64,000 nucleotides of DNA. Origin: an uncultured virus (IMG/VR IMGVR_UViG_3300021425_000024). Lineage: Duplodnaviria; Heunggongvirae; Uroviricota; Caudoviricetes. The translations under genes and the position numbers were made by a program. Positions 1 through 9,149 of this stretch are shown in pieces. The number at the start of each line of letters is the position of its first letter. The stretch's first letter is position 1. The DNA lies in the IMG/VR virus record IMGVR_UViG_3300021425_000024; one strand, 5' to 3'. The notes beneath the pieces were generated by a model that saw only the letters and a list, made by a program, of their open reading frames with translations, was not told the DNA's origin and ran no database searches.

Positions 1-2510
1 TTAACTTGTATACTATTACTGTTTATTGTAATATCATCTGTTGTTAAAGTAGTAAATGTTGTTTGTCCTGATATAGTTACAGGACCAGTTGTAGTTGTAC
101 TTTCATTAACAATAAGTCCATTTGATCTTACAGGATTAGTTGTTATAACTTCGCCGGTGCCGGCTGCACGTAATTCTAAATCACTATCTGATACAGTAGT
201 TGTAATAAAGTTATCATCAATTAGTATGTTTTCAAATTGGCTTGAACCTAACTGTGATAGATCACCTGTGATATTAAAGTTTCTAATTGTAAAGTCTGTT
301 GCTGTAATATCAGCCTCAACATCAATTGTGCTAACTTGTAAATTTTGAAACGTAGATGTGCCGCCAACTGTAATGTCATTACCAATGCCTACGCTATCAG
401 TAATGTTTACTTTGCCTGTTCCATTAGGACGTAATTCTAAGTCAGCATTACTATCAGTGACACTAATAACATTTGTTTCGATTGTTATGCCATTTAAATC
501 TGCATCATTTACATATGCAAACCCCCAACGCTTATCTTCCTTACCTAATTTAAAAGTATCGTGTTGATTAGGTTCTAAGTCTTGGCTAAATTCTGTATTA
601 AATGTAACTGTGTCAGTTGGTTGATCACCTGCTAAAGACAATGTACCATCAAAACTAAAATTATCTGTAATATCTAAGTTTCCAGTAAGACTAGTATCAC
701 CGTTAAGATTAATAAATGTTGACACAGGACTATCAATAGTCATGCCACCACTTAGACTTTCTATTGTATTGCCACTTAGTCTTATATTTTGATTTTGTAC
801 TTTTGTTCCATCTATAATAGCAATATTACCATTTGTAGTTACAGTCAAACCTGCTAGTGCATCAACTGTTGATTCGTCAATAGTAAGTGTGCTGTTTCCT
901 GTGTCTAGGTCAACAAAAAATTGTTCACCAACTCTAAAATTTCCTAAGTGGTCTGTTGAGCTAAAATAAATTGTTCCTGAATTTAATTCTTCAGTTTCGT
1001 TTGCTTGTATTGCTCTACTTGGGTCATTGTCGACAAATTTTCCTGCACCTATGTATCCAAAGTTATGCTGTATAAGATACATTAATGTATCATTACCGTC
1101 TGCAACAGCACCCTTATTACCGTATACGTTTGCTGATCCAATTGATCTTAATTCTGCACCGTATAGTATTGTAGAACCGTCTGTGCTTAAATGTCCAGTT
1201 GATCCATTAACAGCATACAAGCCTCTATTAGCAAAGTATGTAAAACTATTAAGCCATTCTACCCTAACTCCGTTTGTCATAGTAAGTGCATCAACGCCCG
1301 GTGTAATAAATGTTACAGCATGGAATAACATGCTTGCTTCGTTGCTAGTGCTTAGTACACTTGCACCATCTACTAAGGCACCTTTACCTGCATCAGCACT
1401 TGCATATCCTCTTGGATCACTTGCACTAGTTGTGCTACCTTGTGTGCTTACTGTAATATTTTGTACATACGGACTACGTGATGTCACTGTTGCATTAGGA
1501 GCAAATCTAAATGCATAACCTACGTCATTTCCGCTGTCATAAAAGAAATCTTTTATTGTAAAATTTTGAACAGTAGTTTCGCCGTTAAGATGAAATATAT
1601 CTCTTGAACTTGAACTACTCGGAGGAGTAATAATTGTATTTCTTATGTCGTGACCTGTAACAGTTACTCCTGCTGGTACAACTAAAGGACATGATTCTTC
1701 ATATTCGCCCGGCAATACATAAACTGTGTCGCCTGCTGATACTTGTGTTAGTGCATAATCTATAGTTTCAAATGGTGCTTGTATATGTTCGCCATGACTA
1801 TCGTTGTCTCCATTTTTTGCAACGTAAAAAGTTTTGCCAGGCTTATGAATTAAATCTACTCCGCCTAGTGCAAAGTCTGTTGCATTTATTCTAGAAACAT
1901 TTGCTAGTCTTGTGTTAGTTTCTAACCAACGTTTGTCGGCTTTACCTAAATCATACGGAGCATAATTTACATCAGTATTTGGATTAATATCACTAGTTAC
2001 ATCAGTATCAAATGTTACTGTGTCTTGAGCTAAAGTATCACCAAATACAATATTACCTTCTAGTGTAATATTTCCATCTGCATGTATATTGCCGTCAACA
2101 TGTAAATTATTAAAAACTTCAACTTGACCTGTTCCGTTAGGGCGTAGTTCTAAATTGCTGTTACTGTTTGTTGTAGAAATGTAATTGTCATCAATAAAAA
2201 TGTCGCCTGTTTTTACATTAGTACTAGTAATTTTATATCTTGCATCAAGTATTACATCACCTGGAAAAGGTTGTATTGTAGTGTTTTGTATGTTAAAATT
2301 TGCTATGTCTGCTTGTGTATCAGCAATTAGAGATACTGTTCTAGTAGTACCTGAGACATGTAGCGGATGACTAGGAGATGCATTTCTTATACCTATCTTG
2401 TCGCCTGTTACGTCAAGATAAATTAAGTCTGTTTCAAAGGCTAGGTCAATGCCATTTCTTTCCAGATTGGCAAATAATAACGGACCTGAGATTCTACCTA
2501 CTTGCGACAT
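1..2510 (-). CDS. Large beta-rich virion fibre/structural protein with a right-handed beta-helix (DUF1565/pectate-lyase-like) entry motif; runs off the left edge
   Basis: Not in the ORF track because it is incomplete; segments translated by hand. ATG at 2510 (MSQVGRISGPLLFANLERNGIDLAF), preceded by GGAG and TAAATA. Contains TFYVAKNGDNDSHG..APFETIDYALTQVSAGDTVYVLPGEYEE and repeated LELRxxGTGxV motifs. Confidence 0.75.
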   Translation of the reverse strand, partial: MSQVGRISGPLLFANLERNGIDLAFETDLIYLDVTGDKIGIRNASPSHPLHVSGTTRTVSLIADTQADIANFNIQNTTIQPFPGDVILDARYKITSTNVKTGDIFIDDNYISTTNSNSNLELRPNGTGQVEVFNNLHVDGNIHADGNITLEGNIVFGDTLAQDTVTFDTDVTSDINPNTDVNYAPYDLGKADKRWLETNTRLANVSRINATDFALGGVDLIHKPGKTFYVAKNGDNDSHGEHIQAPFETIDYALTQVSAGDTVYVLPGEYEESCPLVVPAGVTVTGHDIRNTIITPPSSSSSRDIFHLNGETTVQNFTIKDFFYDSGNDVGYAFRFAPNATVTSRSPYVQNITVSTQGSTTSASDPRGYASADAGKGALVDGASVLSTSNEASMLFHAVTFITPGVDALTMTNGVRVEWLNSFTYFANRGLYAVNGSTGHLSTDGSTILYGAELRSIGSANVYGNKGAVADGNDTLMYLIQHNFGYIGAGKFVDNDPSRAIQANETEELNSGTIYFSSTDHLGNFRVGEQFFVDLDTGNSTLTIDESTVDALAGLTVTTNGNIAIIDGTKVQNQNIRLSGNTIESLSGGMTIDSPVSTFINLNGDTSLTGNLDITDNFSFDGTLSLAGDQPTDTVTFNTEFSQDLEPNQHDTFKLGKEDKRWGFAYVNDADLNGITIETNVISVTDSNADLELRPNGTGKVNITDSVGIGNDITVGGTSTFQNLQVSTIDVEADITATDFTIRNFNITGDLSQLGSSQFENILIDDNFITTTVSDSDLELRAAGTGEVITTNPVRSNGLIVNESTTTTGPVTISGQTTFTTLTTDDITINSNSIQV

Positions 2511-2539
2511 TTAAAGTTCTCCTACTTGTATTTATTGGA

Positions 2540-3070
2540 TTACTTGTCGAAGTTATGTAGTACAGTAACTGGTTTATTTAAGTCTGGTGCTGATGTGAAT
2601 TTGATATACCAACCGTCGGCATACGGTGCATTAGGACCTGTTAAACTTCCGCTTACACTTTGTTCTAATGTATAGTTTGTTGTGCTGATTTGAAATACGT
2701 TTTCGACAAATACTAAAACGTTTTGTGCGGCTGCCGGAACAGGAAATTCTGGATCTCCGCTTGCTAATGGACCAAATACAGTTTCAGTTGCATCACCGTT
2801 TCCTAAACTTTGTTGTGTAATTCCAACTAGTACAGGTGTAACGCCTCTTACTCCTGCCCATGCTCCGTTTTCATATACTTCAAATCTGTTGTCTGTTGTA
2901 TTGTATCTAAAATGTCCATTTTCAGGATTAGCAGGACGTTCTGCTGTTGTACCTTTAGGCACACGTATACTGTTAGTAGATTCCATGTACACTTGATCAT
3001 CTACATCAAATTGTACGCCTCTACCATAGATTGTTCTTCTATTTGTATTTTGTGCCTTGAGTAATCTCAT
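2540..3070 (-). CDS. Virion structural protein (fibre-associated; VPKGTTAERP..NGHFRYNTTDNRFEVY motif)
   Basis: ORF 2540..3100; the likely start is ATG at 3070 (MRLLKAQ), coupled to the upstream stop. Motif is typical of phage fibre/structural proteins. Confidence 0.65.
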   Translation of the reverse strand: MRLLKAQNTNRRTIYGRGVQFDVDDQVYMESTNSIRVPKGTTAERPANPENGHFRYNTTDNRFEVYENGAWAGVRGVTPVLVGITQQSLGNGDATETVFGPLASGDPEFPVPAAAQNVLVFVENVFQISTTNYTLEQSVSGSLTGPNAPYADGWYIKFTSAPDLNKPVTVLHNFDK

Positions 3071-3441
3071 TATGTAATATCCAAATAACTCACTGTACAA
3101 GCAAGTCTACCTGTACCACTTGCAGATGGTCCACCGTTAACTTGTACGCTGTCGCCTGCATCTAACACAATTTTTTCTGTGTCTAATGTAAATGTTTCAC
3201 CTGCTGGTAATGACAGTCTTCTAACTACAGAAGTAACTGTATCACTGTACGATCCACTTGCTGGAACAAAGTGCAAATCAAATTCGCAAGTCTCATTTTC
3301 AGGAGCAGACGCACTTGGATCATACGTATTGCATATTAAAATGTTTGTAATAGCATATGATTTACTTGCTGGCACAGTTAACATAATGTGTCTGTAATCG
3401 CCACCACCTTGATCAATTATTGCTTGGTTTACTATTGCCAT
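3070..3441 (-). CDS. Small beta-rich virion structural protein, hypothetical
   Basis: 123-aa ORF with SD (AGGAA), in the structural operon. Confidence 0.6.
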   Translation of the reverse strand: MAIVNQAIIDQGGGDYRHIMLTVPASKSYAITNILICNTYDPSASAPENETCEFDLHFVPASGSYSDTVTSVVRRLSLPAGETFTLDTEKIVLDAGDSVQVNGGPSASGTGRLACTVSYLDIT

Positions 3442-3450
3442 ATTGTTTCC

Positions 3451-4464
3451 TTAAAAAAGCATACTAAAAACTAGTGCTCTATTTTTACTTATTATTTCAT
3501 CACGTTGACTTTCAGCATTAACGAAATACATTCCTGTACCTGCCGCTTGTGCTGGCTTAGAATACAGTAGTATTCCATCGTCTGGTTCTGCAGGATCTGT
3601 TACACCGTCAACGCCTTCATGCGGTGTATATCCTAATCTTAAATTGTCGTCAACAACAACATGTCCTGTTCCTGTTGCACTTAAAATTAAATCTTCTTGA
3701 CTTGTGCCAAGTGTTTTTATTTCTGTACCGTGTACAGTTTGTTCAATTCTAATTCCATATTGATCTGAATATGTAGGACGAATATCTTGTATTAAGTTTC
3801 CGTCAATCCCTACCTCAATTCTACTTGGGCCTGAAACACTATCATCATACACTTGTACTCTAGTGTCACCTACTTGAACTCTGTTCGGAACAACCGTACC
3901 AAAGAAGTTTGTTACAGTATCGTCTACATATTTTTTATTTGGAATATGATCATCGTCGGTTACTCGTGTTTCGTAACCAAATGTTCCTTTAACAGTTAGC
4001 ATACCGGGGTTGGGTGTTACATTGCCTGATAAATTGTATTGACCTAGTAAGTTTAAGTCAACTCCTGGAGTAACAATACTAACAGTTTCAATACCACCAA
4101 CTCTACCACTTGGAGATCTTACACTCCATGCACCTAAGTCTGTAGTACCACTATTTTGTGTATCTGTCCAGTTTAAACTTTCAACAAACAGCCACTGGCC
4201 GTCTTCTATTGTACCTCTGTCAACACGAAGACCGGAAGCGCCATCTCTAGTGATGCCGTTCCCGGTTTCGCCTTTGTTTAATACAATAATATTGTCTTCA
4301 ACTGTTGTGTTAACAGTATCAAGAGTAGTTTGCGTTCCTTCAACAACAAGGTTACCGGTAATGTAAACATCACCAACTTCCGTTCCTGTGTCCAGTGTAA
4401 TTCTACCACCGCTCTTAACAACTACTCTGTAGTTGCCATCGCCTACTCTTAAATACTTGTCCAT
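3451..4464 (-). CDS. Virion structural/fibre protein
   Basis: 337 aa; GDVYITGNLVVEGTQTTL..VEDNIIVLN motif resembles a segment of the 51987..53813 fibre protein. Confidence 0.65.
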   Translation of the reverse strand: MDKYLRVGDGNYRVVVKSGGRITLDTGTEVGDVYITGNLVVEGTQTTLDTVNTTVEDNIIVLNKGETGNGITRDGASGLRVDRGTIEDGQWLFVESLNWTDTQNSGTTDLGAWSVRSPSGRVGGIETVSIVTPGVDLNLLGQYNLSGNVTPNPGMLTVKGTFGYETRVTDDDHIPNKKYVDDTVTNFFGTVVPNRVQVGDTRVQVYDDSVSGPSRIEVGIDGNLIQDIRPTYSDQYGIRIEQTVHGTEIKTLGTSQEDLILSATGTGHVVVDDNLRLGYTPHEGVDGVTDPAEPDDGILLYSKPAQAAGTGMYFVNAESQRDEIISKNRALVFSMLF

Positions 4465-4474
4465 AAGTTAATCC

Positions 4475-4927
4475 TTATGCGTCTTCAGTGAAGTCTGTAT
4501 CGTCTGTACCTAGTAATGTATCATCATCACCAGCTTCTTCAATTTCAACAGCGCCATCTGTGTTGCTTGTACTAAAGTTCCATGCAATTGACTGTCCGTC
4601 TAATGCGTTTGAACCTGTTCCACTTGGAGCAACGATAGTTGCCTTACGTCCTGAAATTTTACTAACTCCGTAAGTTTCACCGTCATCACCTTTTACACTA
4701 ATAGCCATTTCTGTGCCTGTTAGGTCTGCTGGTAATGTGCCTGTTGTTAAGAAACGATCATATGTAGTTCCTGGTGTACCGATAGCCGCTACACGAAACT
4801 TTTTAGATCCTAATTGCTTTACAATATAACCTTCAAGTACACTTGATGTACCGTAAAAGTCTACTTTGATTTCATTACCACCTGCAGTAGCTGGTCCAAA
4901 AAATCTTTTATTTACTGGTCTTCCCAT
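4475..4927 (-). CDS. Hypothetical protein, probably structural/head-associated
   Basis: 150 aa, strong SD (AGGAG), own TAAATA motif, immediately downstream of the major capsid gene. Confidence 0.6.
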   Translation of the reverse strand: MGRPVNKRFFGPATAGGNEIKVDFYGTSSVLEGYIVKQLGSKKFRVAAIGTPGTTYDRFLTTGTLPADLTGTEMAISVKGDDGETYGVSKISGRKATIVAPSGTGSNALDGQSIAWNFSTSNTDGAVEIEEAGDDDTLLGTDDTDFTEDA

Positions 4928-4934
4928 TTGTTTT

Positions 4935-5020
4935 CTCCTATATAAGTAGTCCTATCCGGGTTCTATCCGGTACGCTGTGGGTTAAACAGCATAAGTCCGC
5001 CTTGCGGCACACTATTTGAC
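4935..5020 (-). promoter_or_regulatory. Structured 5' leader (three hairpins) of the 4475..4927 gene
   Basis: Minus strand reads AGUGUGCC-GCAA-GGCGGACU, UAUGCUGU-UUAACCC-ACAGCGUA, CCGG-AUAGAAC-CCGG, then the SD. Confidence 0.55.
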
Positions 5021-5025
5021 ATATG

Positions 5026-5033
5026 TATTTATC
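5026..5033 (-). promoter_or_regulatory. Putative late promoter (GATAAATA)
   Basis: T4-type late -10 motif upstream of the structured leader. Confidence 0.55.
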
Positions 5034-5067
5034 AAAAGAGGTAAAAGCTCTGTTAGGTAATTTAGTC

Positions 5068-5097
5068 AAAAAAATAGGACCCGAAGGTCCTATTTTT
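5068..5097 (-). terminator. Rho-independent terminator after the major capsid gene
   Basis: AAAAAUAGGACC-UUCG-GGUCCUAUUUUUUU; C(UUCG)G tetraloop typical of T4-like phages. Confidence 0.9.
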
Positions 5098-5114
5098 CCA
5101 GTTTTAATTAAAAC

Positions 5115-6296
5115 TTAGCTAAAGCTAACATTAGCGTTATTGATCGCAACTTTACCTAAGTAATCTGCTGCGTTACCAAGTGATGATGCTGTGTTAGACA
5201 GTTCAACATAACCATAACGTGTCATAAATGATACGGTAGGTTCGAATGTTGATGGATCTAATACAACGCCACTTGACATTAACGGAATGTATGGGCAATA
5301 GAACGCTGGTGCGTCTGATTCACTTGCACCTTTGTAACCAACAAGTACGTCAGCGCCATCGGCTGAGTAAGTGTTAACGTACACTTTCATTGCATTGTTT
5401 AAAGTACCAACCATCTTAGTGTTAGTTGGAGCTTCAAATGTACCTTCAGTTGTTCTTGCAAACGCTGAAGTTGTTGCACTTTGTAGAATTGTTAACGCAA
5501 ATGGGCTAACTACGGCGTAGTTACCTGCGCCTCTACGTGTACGCTGTGCAATCAAGTTAGCAACACGGTTGATTTGAACAGCTAAAGCAGCATGCTCGTC
5601 ACCAACGAATGTAGCTGTACCTGATACAGCAGCTTGGTTATATGTTTCAGCGGCATTACCAGCTAGGCTGTTTAGGCTTGCTAAAACTTCTTGATCAATC
5701 TCAGCGGTAATTTCTTGTGCTAAAGCAGCCATAATTTCTGCTTCAACGTCAATACCGTGCATTGATTGTGCATCCTGTGCAGCTTCAAAAGTCCAGCGAG
5801 CTGATAGCTTTCTTGACTTCGCTTCTACAGTTTGCTTCAAGATTTGAATGCTTAACTTACGTCCAGCTTGGCCTTCTAAAGCTGCTGTAGTAGCTGCTTT
5901 ATCGTCCGCTGCGTTACCTGAGTAACCTTCAGCAATCTTGAATGGGCTTAACGCCTCTTCACCCGCTGCTGTGTCTGTTCCGCTTGTGCTATCAAAAGCT
6001 TCTGCGTAACGTACACGTAACGTGTGAATTTGACCAACAGGGCCAGTCATTGGTTGTACACCAACTAGCTCGTTAGCAATAACAGTAGGCATTACACGTC
6101 TGATAACAGGTAGGATAACACGGTTAAGTGTTGCTACGTTACCAGCTGAAGTTGCGCCTGCTGTTGCACTCTCAGACAAATACTTGCGAGTGTTTTCTAG
6201 TGTGGCAGCCATTACGCTTTTCTTGTTACCGTCTAGGCCTTCAAGAAGAGCATCTTTGGTTTCTGTCCAGCGACTTTCTAATAGTTCTGACATCAT
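5115..6296 (-). CDS. gp23: Major capsid protein (T4 gp23 family)
   Basis: IRRVMP..IANELVGVQPMTGPVGQI, VEAKSRKLSARWTFEAAQD...HGIDVEAE, FYCPYIPL, TRYG motifs; start at 6296 or 6293. Confidence 0.97.
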   Translation of the reverse strand: MMSELLESRWTETKDALLEGLDGNKKSVMAATLENTRKYLSESATAGATSAGNVATLNRVILPVIRRVMPTVIANELVGVQPMTGPVGQIHTLRVRYAEAFDSTSGTDTAAGEEALSPFKIAEGYSGNAADDKAATTAALEGQAGRKLSIQILKQTVEAKSRKLSARWTFEAAQDAQSMHGIDVEAEIMAALAQEITAEIDQEVLASLNSLAGNAAETYNQAAVSGTATFVGDEHAALAVQINRVANLIAQRTRRGAGNYAVVSPFALTILQSATTSAFARTTEGTFEAPTNTKMVGTLNNAMKVYVNTYSADGADVLVGYKGASESDAPAFYCPYIPLMSSGVVLDPSTFEPTVSFMTRYGYVELSNTASSLGNAADYLGKVAINNANVSFS

Positions 6297-6303
6297 TTTC
6301 TCC

Positions 6304-7398
6304 TTAATTTAATCCAGCAAGACGGCGTATATCAAGTACATTTGATTCGTCTGCTTTGACATGTGTCGTTGTTTTTTCTCTGTTGCCTGTAACTTCTGTG
6401 CCTTCTGATAATATTGCCTTACGCTTTGCTGGAGTCTGGCCATCAATAACTGATGGTAGGTACTTATCAAAAGATTTTTGCAATCTGTCAGTTTGTACAC
6501 TTTCCAGTAAGTCTGTCATAATCCCTTGCTGATCTCTGCTCAATGGAGCAATTAGATCGCGCATGATCTTTTCGCGGTTTGCTGCTTCAACTAATTGCTT
6601 CTTCTCAATTGCTTGTGATTCTGCAAGTTCTTTAGCTTTAGTAGCAAATGCTTTTGCTTCTGCAAGTTGTTTGTCTTTCAACTCAACAACTTTTAGTAAC
6701 TTAGCACTTTCGCTTTTTTCGTTTAGGTAGCTATTTGCATATTCATTGCTGAATGATTCAAATATTTTGCGACCAAAATCGTTTCTTCGTGCTTCTTCAA
6801 TATCTTCTTTAAGTTGAGTAATTTCTCCTTTGAGAACTTTATCAACAGTTTCTGATACCGCTGTAGCACTTCTTTCAATAAAGTTAGATTTAACTTTCTT
6901 GAAGTGTTCTTTAGCTTCACGTACTAAACGTACTTTTGTTTCGGCTAAATCTTTTTTATCTTCATAGAACTCTGCAATTTCTTTAGAAAGAGCTTCAACT
7001 ACAAATTCCTCAAGCTGTGCATATCTAGATGCCATTGCTTTCTTGTCTTCGTGTAATTCACCAACTTCTTTTGAAAGTTGATCTAATACAAAGTTTTTCA
7101 TTAGGTCTGCGTTTTCACGCATTGCTATGGCATACTTTGCTTTAGCTTCTGCAAGTTGTTTACGATCTTCTGAAAATTCAGCAATTTCTTCTGCTAGTCT
7201 TTCAGATAACATGCTATCAATGGCTTCAACCATTGTTGACTTGTCGTGTTCGTATTTCTTTGCAAATTCTTCACGAAGTTCAGCGGTAACTTGTTGGCGA
7301 TTCTCAGTGATCTTCGCGTCCCAAGCCGTTTGTATTTCTGCTTTTACTTCTTCTGAAAGTGCGTTGCTCTCGAAGAGTGATTTTAATGCTTCCAACAT
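6304..7398 (-). CDS. gp22: Prohead core scaffold protein (gp22-like)
   Basis: Coiled-coil E/K-rich 364 aa between protease and capsid, the T4 gp21-22-23 order. Confidence 0.85.
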   Translation of the reverse strand: MLEALKSLFESNALSEEVKAEIQTAWDAKITENRQQVTAELREEFAKKYEHDKSTMVEAIDSMLSERLAEEIAEFSEDRKQLAEAKAKYAIAMRENADLMKNFVLDQLSKEVGELHEDKKAMASRYAQLEEFVVEALSKEIAEFYEDKKDLAETKVRLVREAKEHFKKVKSNFIERSATAVSETVDKVLKGEITQLKEDIEEARRNDFGRKIFESFSNEYANSYLNEKSESAKLLKVVELKDKQLAEAKAFATKAKELAESQAIEKKQLVEAANREKIMRDLIAPLSRDQQGIMTDLLESVQTDRLQKSFDKYLPSVIDGQTPAKRKAILSEGTEVTGNREKTTTHVKADESNVLDIRRLAGLN

Positions 7399-7414
7399 AT
7401 TAATTTCTCCTCAG

Positions 7415-8050
7415 TTATCGGAGCCCGCTTATTATTCCTAATAAGCTCTCTTTTAAATATTTTTGTGCCTTTTGGTCTTCTCGTGTTGCCTGTGCTAGTT
7501 CGTATGCCTGGTACCCTCCGCGGGTGTTCATCAAGTGTTCGTATATTGGCGTTGGGTACGCTCCAGGAGCACTAGGTTGTGCAACTACGTCCACTGTAAT
7601 AATTTCAAAGTCGGAAACGTTTCCGCTTCCGTCTTCTGATACGTTACCAGATCCCCTAGATGAGACACCTAGTTTAACTCCGCTTTCCAGCATTGTTTGC
7701 ACTAGTTGCCCCATTGGGGTTGGTAATACTTTTAATTTACCATAACCGTTAGGCCCGTCCATCCATGTTTCTGTAATCATGTGTGATACGCGGTCTAAGT
7801 TAATGTTAAGTCCTTCTGGATGATCAACCTCTCCGAGAACACTATATCCTCCCTGGATTTGGTCATTAAGAGTTTTGACAGCCCTGCCAATTTCTTCTAC
7901 AGGATATACACGTTGGTTTGCATTACGCACTCCGCCTTGTATACAAATACCTTTTAGGTATAAGTCTTTTCCTCCATTGGAATTTTCAGCAGACTCAACG
8001 ACCATATTAGCTTGGTCAAATGTCAGATGCTCTCTTAAAAAGTTTTGCAT
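7415..8050 (-). CDS. gp21: Prohead protease (T4 gp21, peptidase S77/U9 type)
   Basis: NANQRVYP, LGEVDHP, GVSSRGSG, DVVAQPSAPGA motifs. Confidence 0.95.
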   Translation of the reverse strand: MQNFLREHLTFDQANMVVESAENSNGGKDLYLKGICIQGGVRNANQRVYPVEEIGRAVKTLNDQIQGGYSVLGEVDHPEGLNINLDRVSHMITETWMDGPNGYGKLKVLPTPMGQLVQTMLESGVKLGVSSRGSGNVSEDGSGNVSDFEIITVDVVAQPSAPGAYPTPIYEHLMNTRGGYQAYELAQATREDQKAQKYLKESLLGIISGLR

Positions 8051-8059
8051 TCAGTTTCC

Positions 8060-9046
8060 TTATTTGCCGACTACAGATTTCTTGTTGTCAGCTTGTTCTG
8101 GCTTCCCTTTTTTCTCTGCACCGTGACCTGGCTCTGATTTGCCAGCTTTAGCAGCTTTGCCGCCTGGTACATTGATGTTTCCGCCATCTTGGTCTTTAGG
8201 ATTCAGTTCTCCTAGACCAGCATGGTCACCACTTCCTGCTTCTCCGCCTTTAGCGATGTTAGCTGAAGTACCACCCATGTTGTTCGCACTTGCTACTGGT
8301 GACTTTCCGCCGTCTCCATTGTCGCCTGTGCCTTTCTTTTCTGCGCCGTGTCCGCTTGCTACTTTGTCAACGTACTCACGCATTTGTTCTCTGTCTGATT
8401 TTGGTGTTGCTGCTTCGTCAACTTCTTCGTCTGAAGCCTCATCAACTTCTTCGTCAGTAGCTTCGTCAACTTCTTCGTCTGATGCTTCGTCTACTTCTTC
8501 GTCAGCTGTTTCAAATGCAAATGCTTCTTCTTCTGGCTCTTCTTCGCCTTCGTCGTCGCCTTCGCCTTCTTCGTCACCCATCATTTTTTCAAATTCTGCT
8601 TTTAGGTCATCAAGTGCATCTTCTAGATCAACAACACGGTCTTCAAGCTCTTCTTCGCCTTCTTCACCTTCTTCACCTTCGTCGTCACCGTCTACTTCGA
8701 TGTCCTTCATCATGTCGTCTACTGGATCTCCGCCCATTTCAGGCTCACCTTCGACTTCAAATTCGTCTAGATCAAAGTTTTCGTCTACTTCTTCGTCACT
8801 TGACTCATCAACTTCTTCATCACTTGACTCGTCTACTTCTTCGTCAGTAGCTTCATCAACTTCTTCGTCAGTTGTTTCTTCGACTTCTTTGTCTTCTTCT
8901 TCAATTTCAATATCTGATTCAATTAGATTTGCATAGATGTCTCTTGACTTCTCTACAACAATTTCGTGGAATAGTTCTTCTGCACCGGCTTTGTCTTCGT
9001 TAACAAGACGCTCGAGCATTTCTTCGAACTTATTTTTATCTGCCAT
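8060..9046 (-). CDS. Highly acidic prohead core protein (gp67/gp68-like position)
   Basis: Extreme D/E content with DEEVDE repeats; located between portal and protease. Confidence 0.7.
   Translation of the reverse strand: MADKNKFEEMLERLVNEDKAGAEELFHEIVVEKSRDIYANLIESDIEIEEEDKEVEETTDEEVDEATDEEVDESSDEEVDESSDEEVDENFDLDEFEVEGEPEMGGDPVDDMMKDIEVDGDDEGEEGEEGEEELEDRVVDLEDALDDLKAEFEKMMGDEEGEGDDEGEEEPEEEAFAFETADEEVDEASDEEVDEATDEEVDEASDEEVDEAATPKSDREQMREYVDKVASGHGAEKKGTGDNGDGGKSPVASANNMGGTSANIAKGGEAGSGDHAGLGELNPKDQDGGNINVPGGKAAKAGKSEPGHGAEKKGKPEQADNKKSVVGK
8410..8885 (-). repeat. Two blocks of ~24-nt coding tandem repeats, DEEVDE(A/S)(S/T)
   Basis: Repeated (c/a)acttcttcgtc units at ~8410-8505 and ~8780-8885. 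Confidence 0.8.
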
Positions 9047-9099
9047 TTCATTTCTCCTATAAAAAGTTTACCTATGGTAAGGCTGTCATTTGTATTTAC

Positions 9100-9107
9100 T
9101 ATTTATA
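9100..9107 (-). promoter_or_regulatory. Late promoter TATAAATA for the core-protease-scaffold-capsid genes
   Basis: Exact T4 late consensus ~55 nt upstream of the 9046 start; a second TAAATA at 9093-9098. Confidence 0.75.
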
Positions 9108-9149
9108 TGGAAATGTACGTAGATATAGGCTCAAAACGAGCCATTTTAG

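Noticed and set aside
8410..8885. CRISPR-like repeat array
   Set aside because: The repeats are in-frame coding tandem repeats without unique spacers, and no cas genes are present.
8139..8936. 265-aa Ser-rich plus-strand ORF
   Set aside because: Mirror of the GAA/GAC-rich acidic gene on the minus strand.
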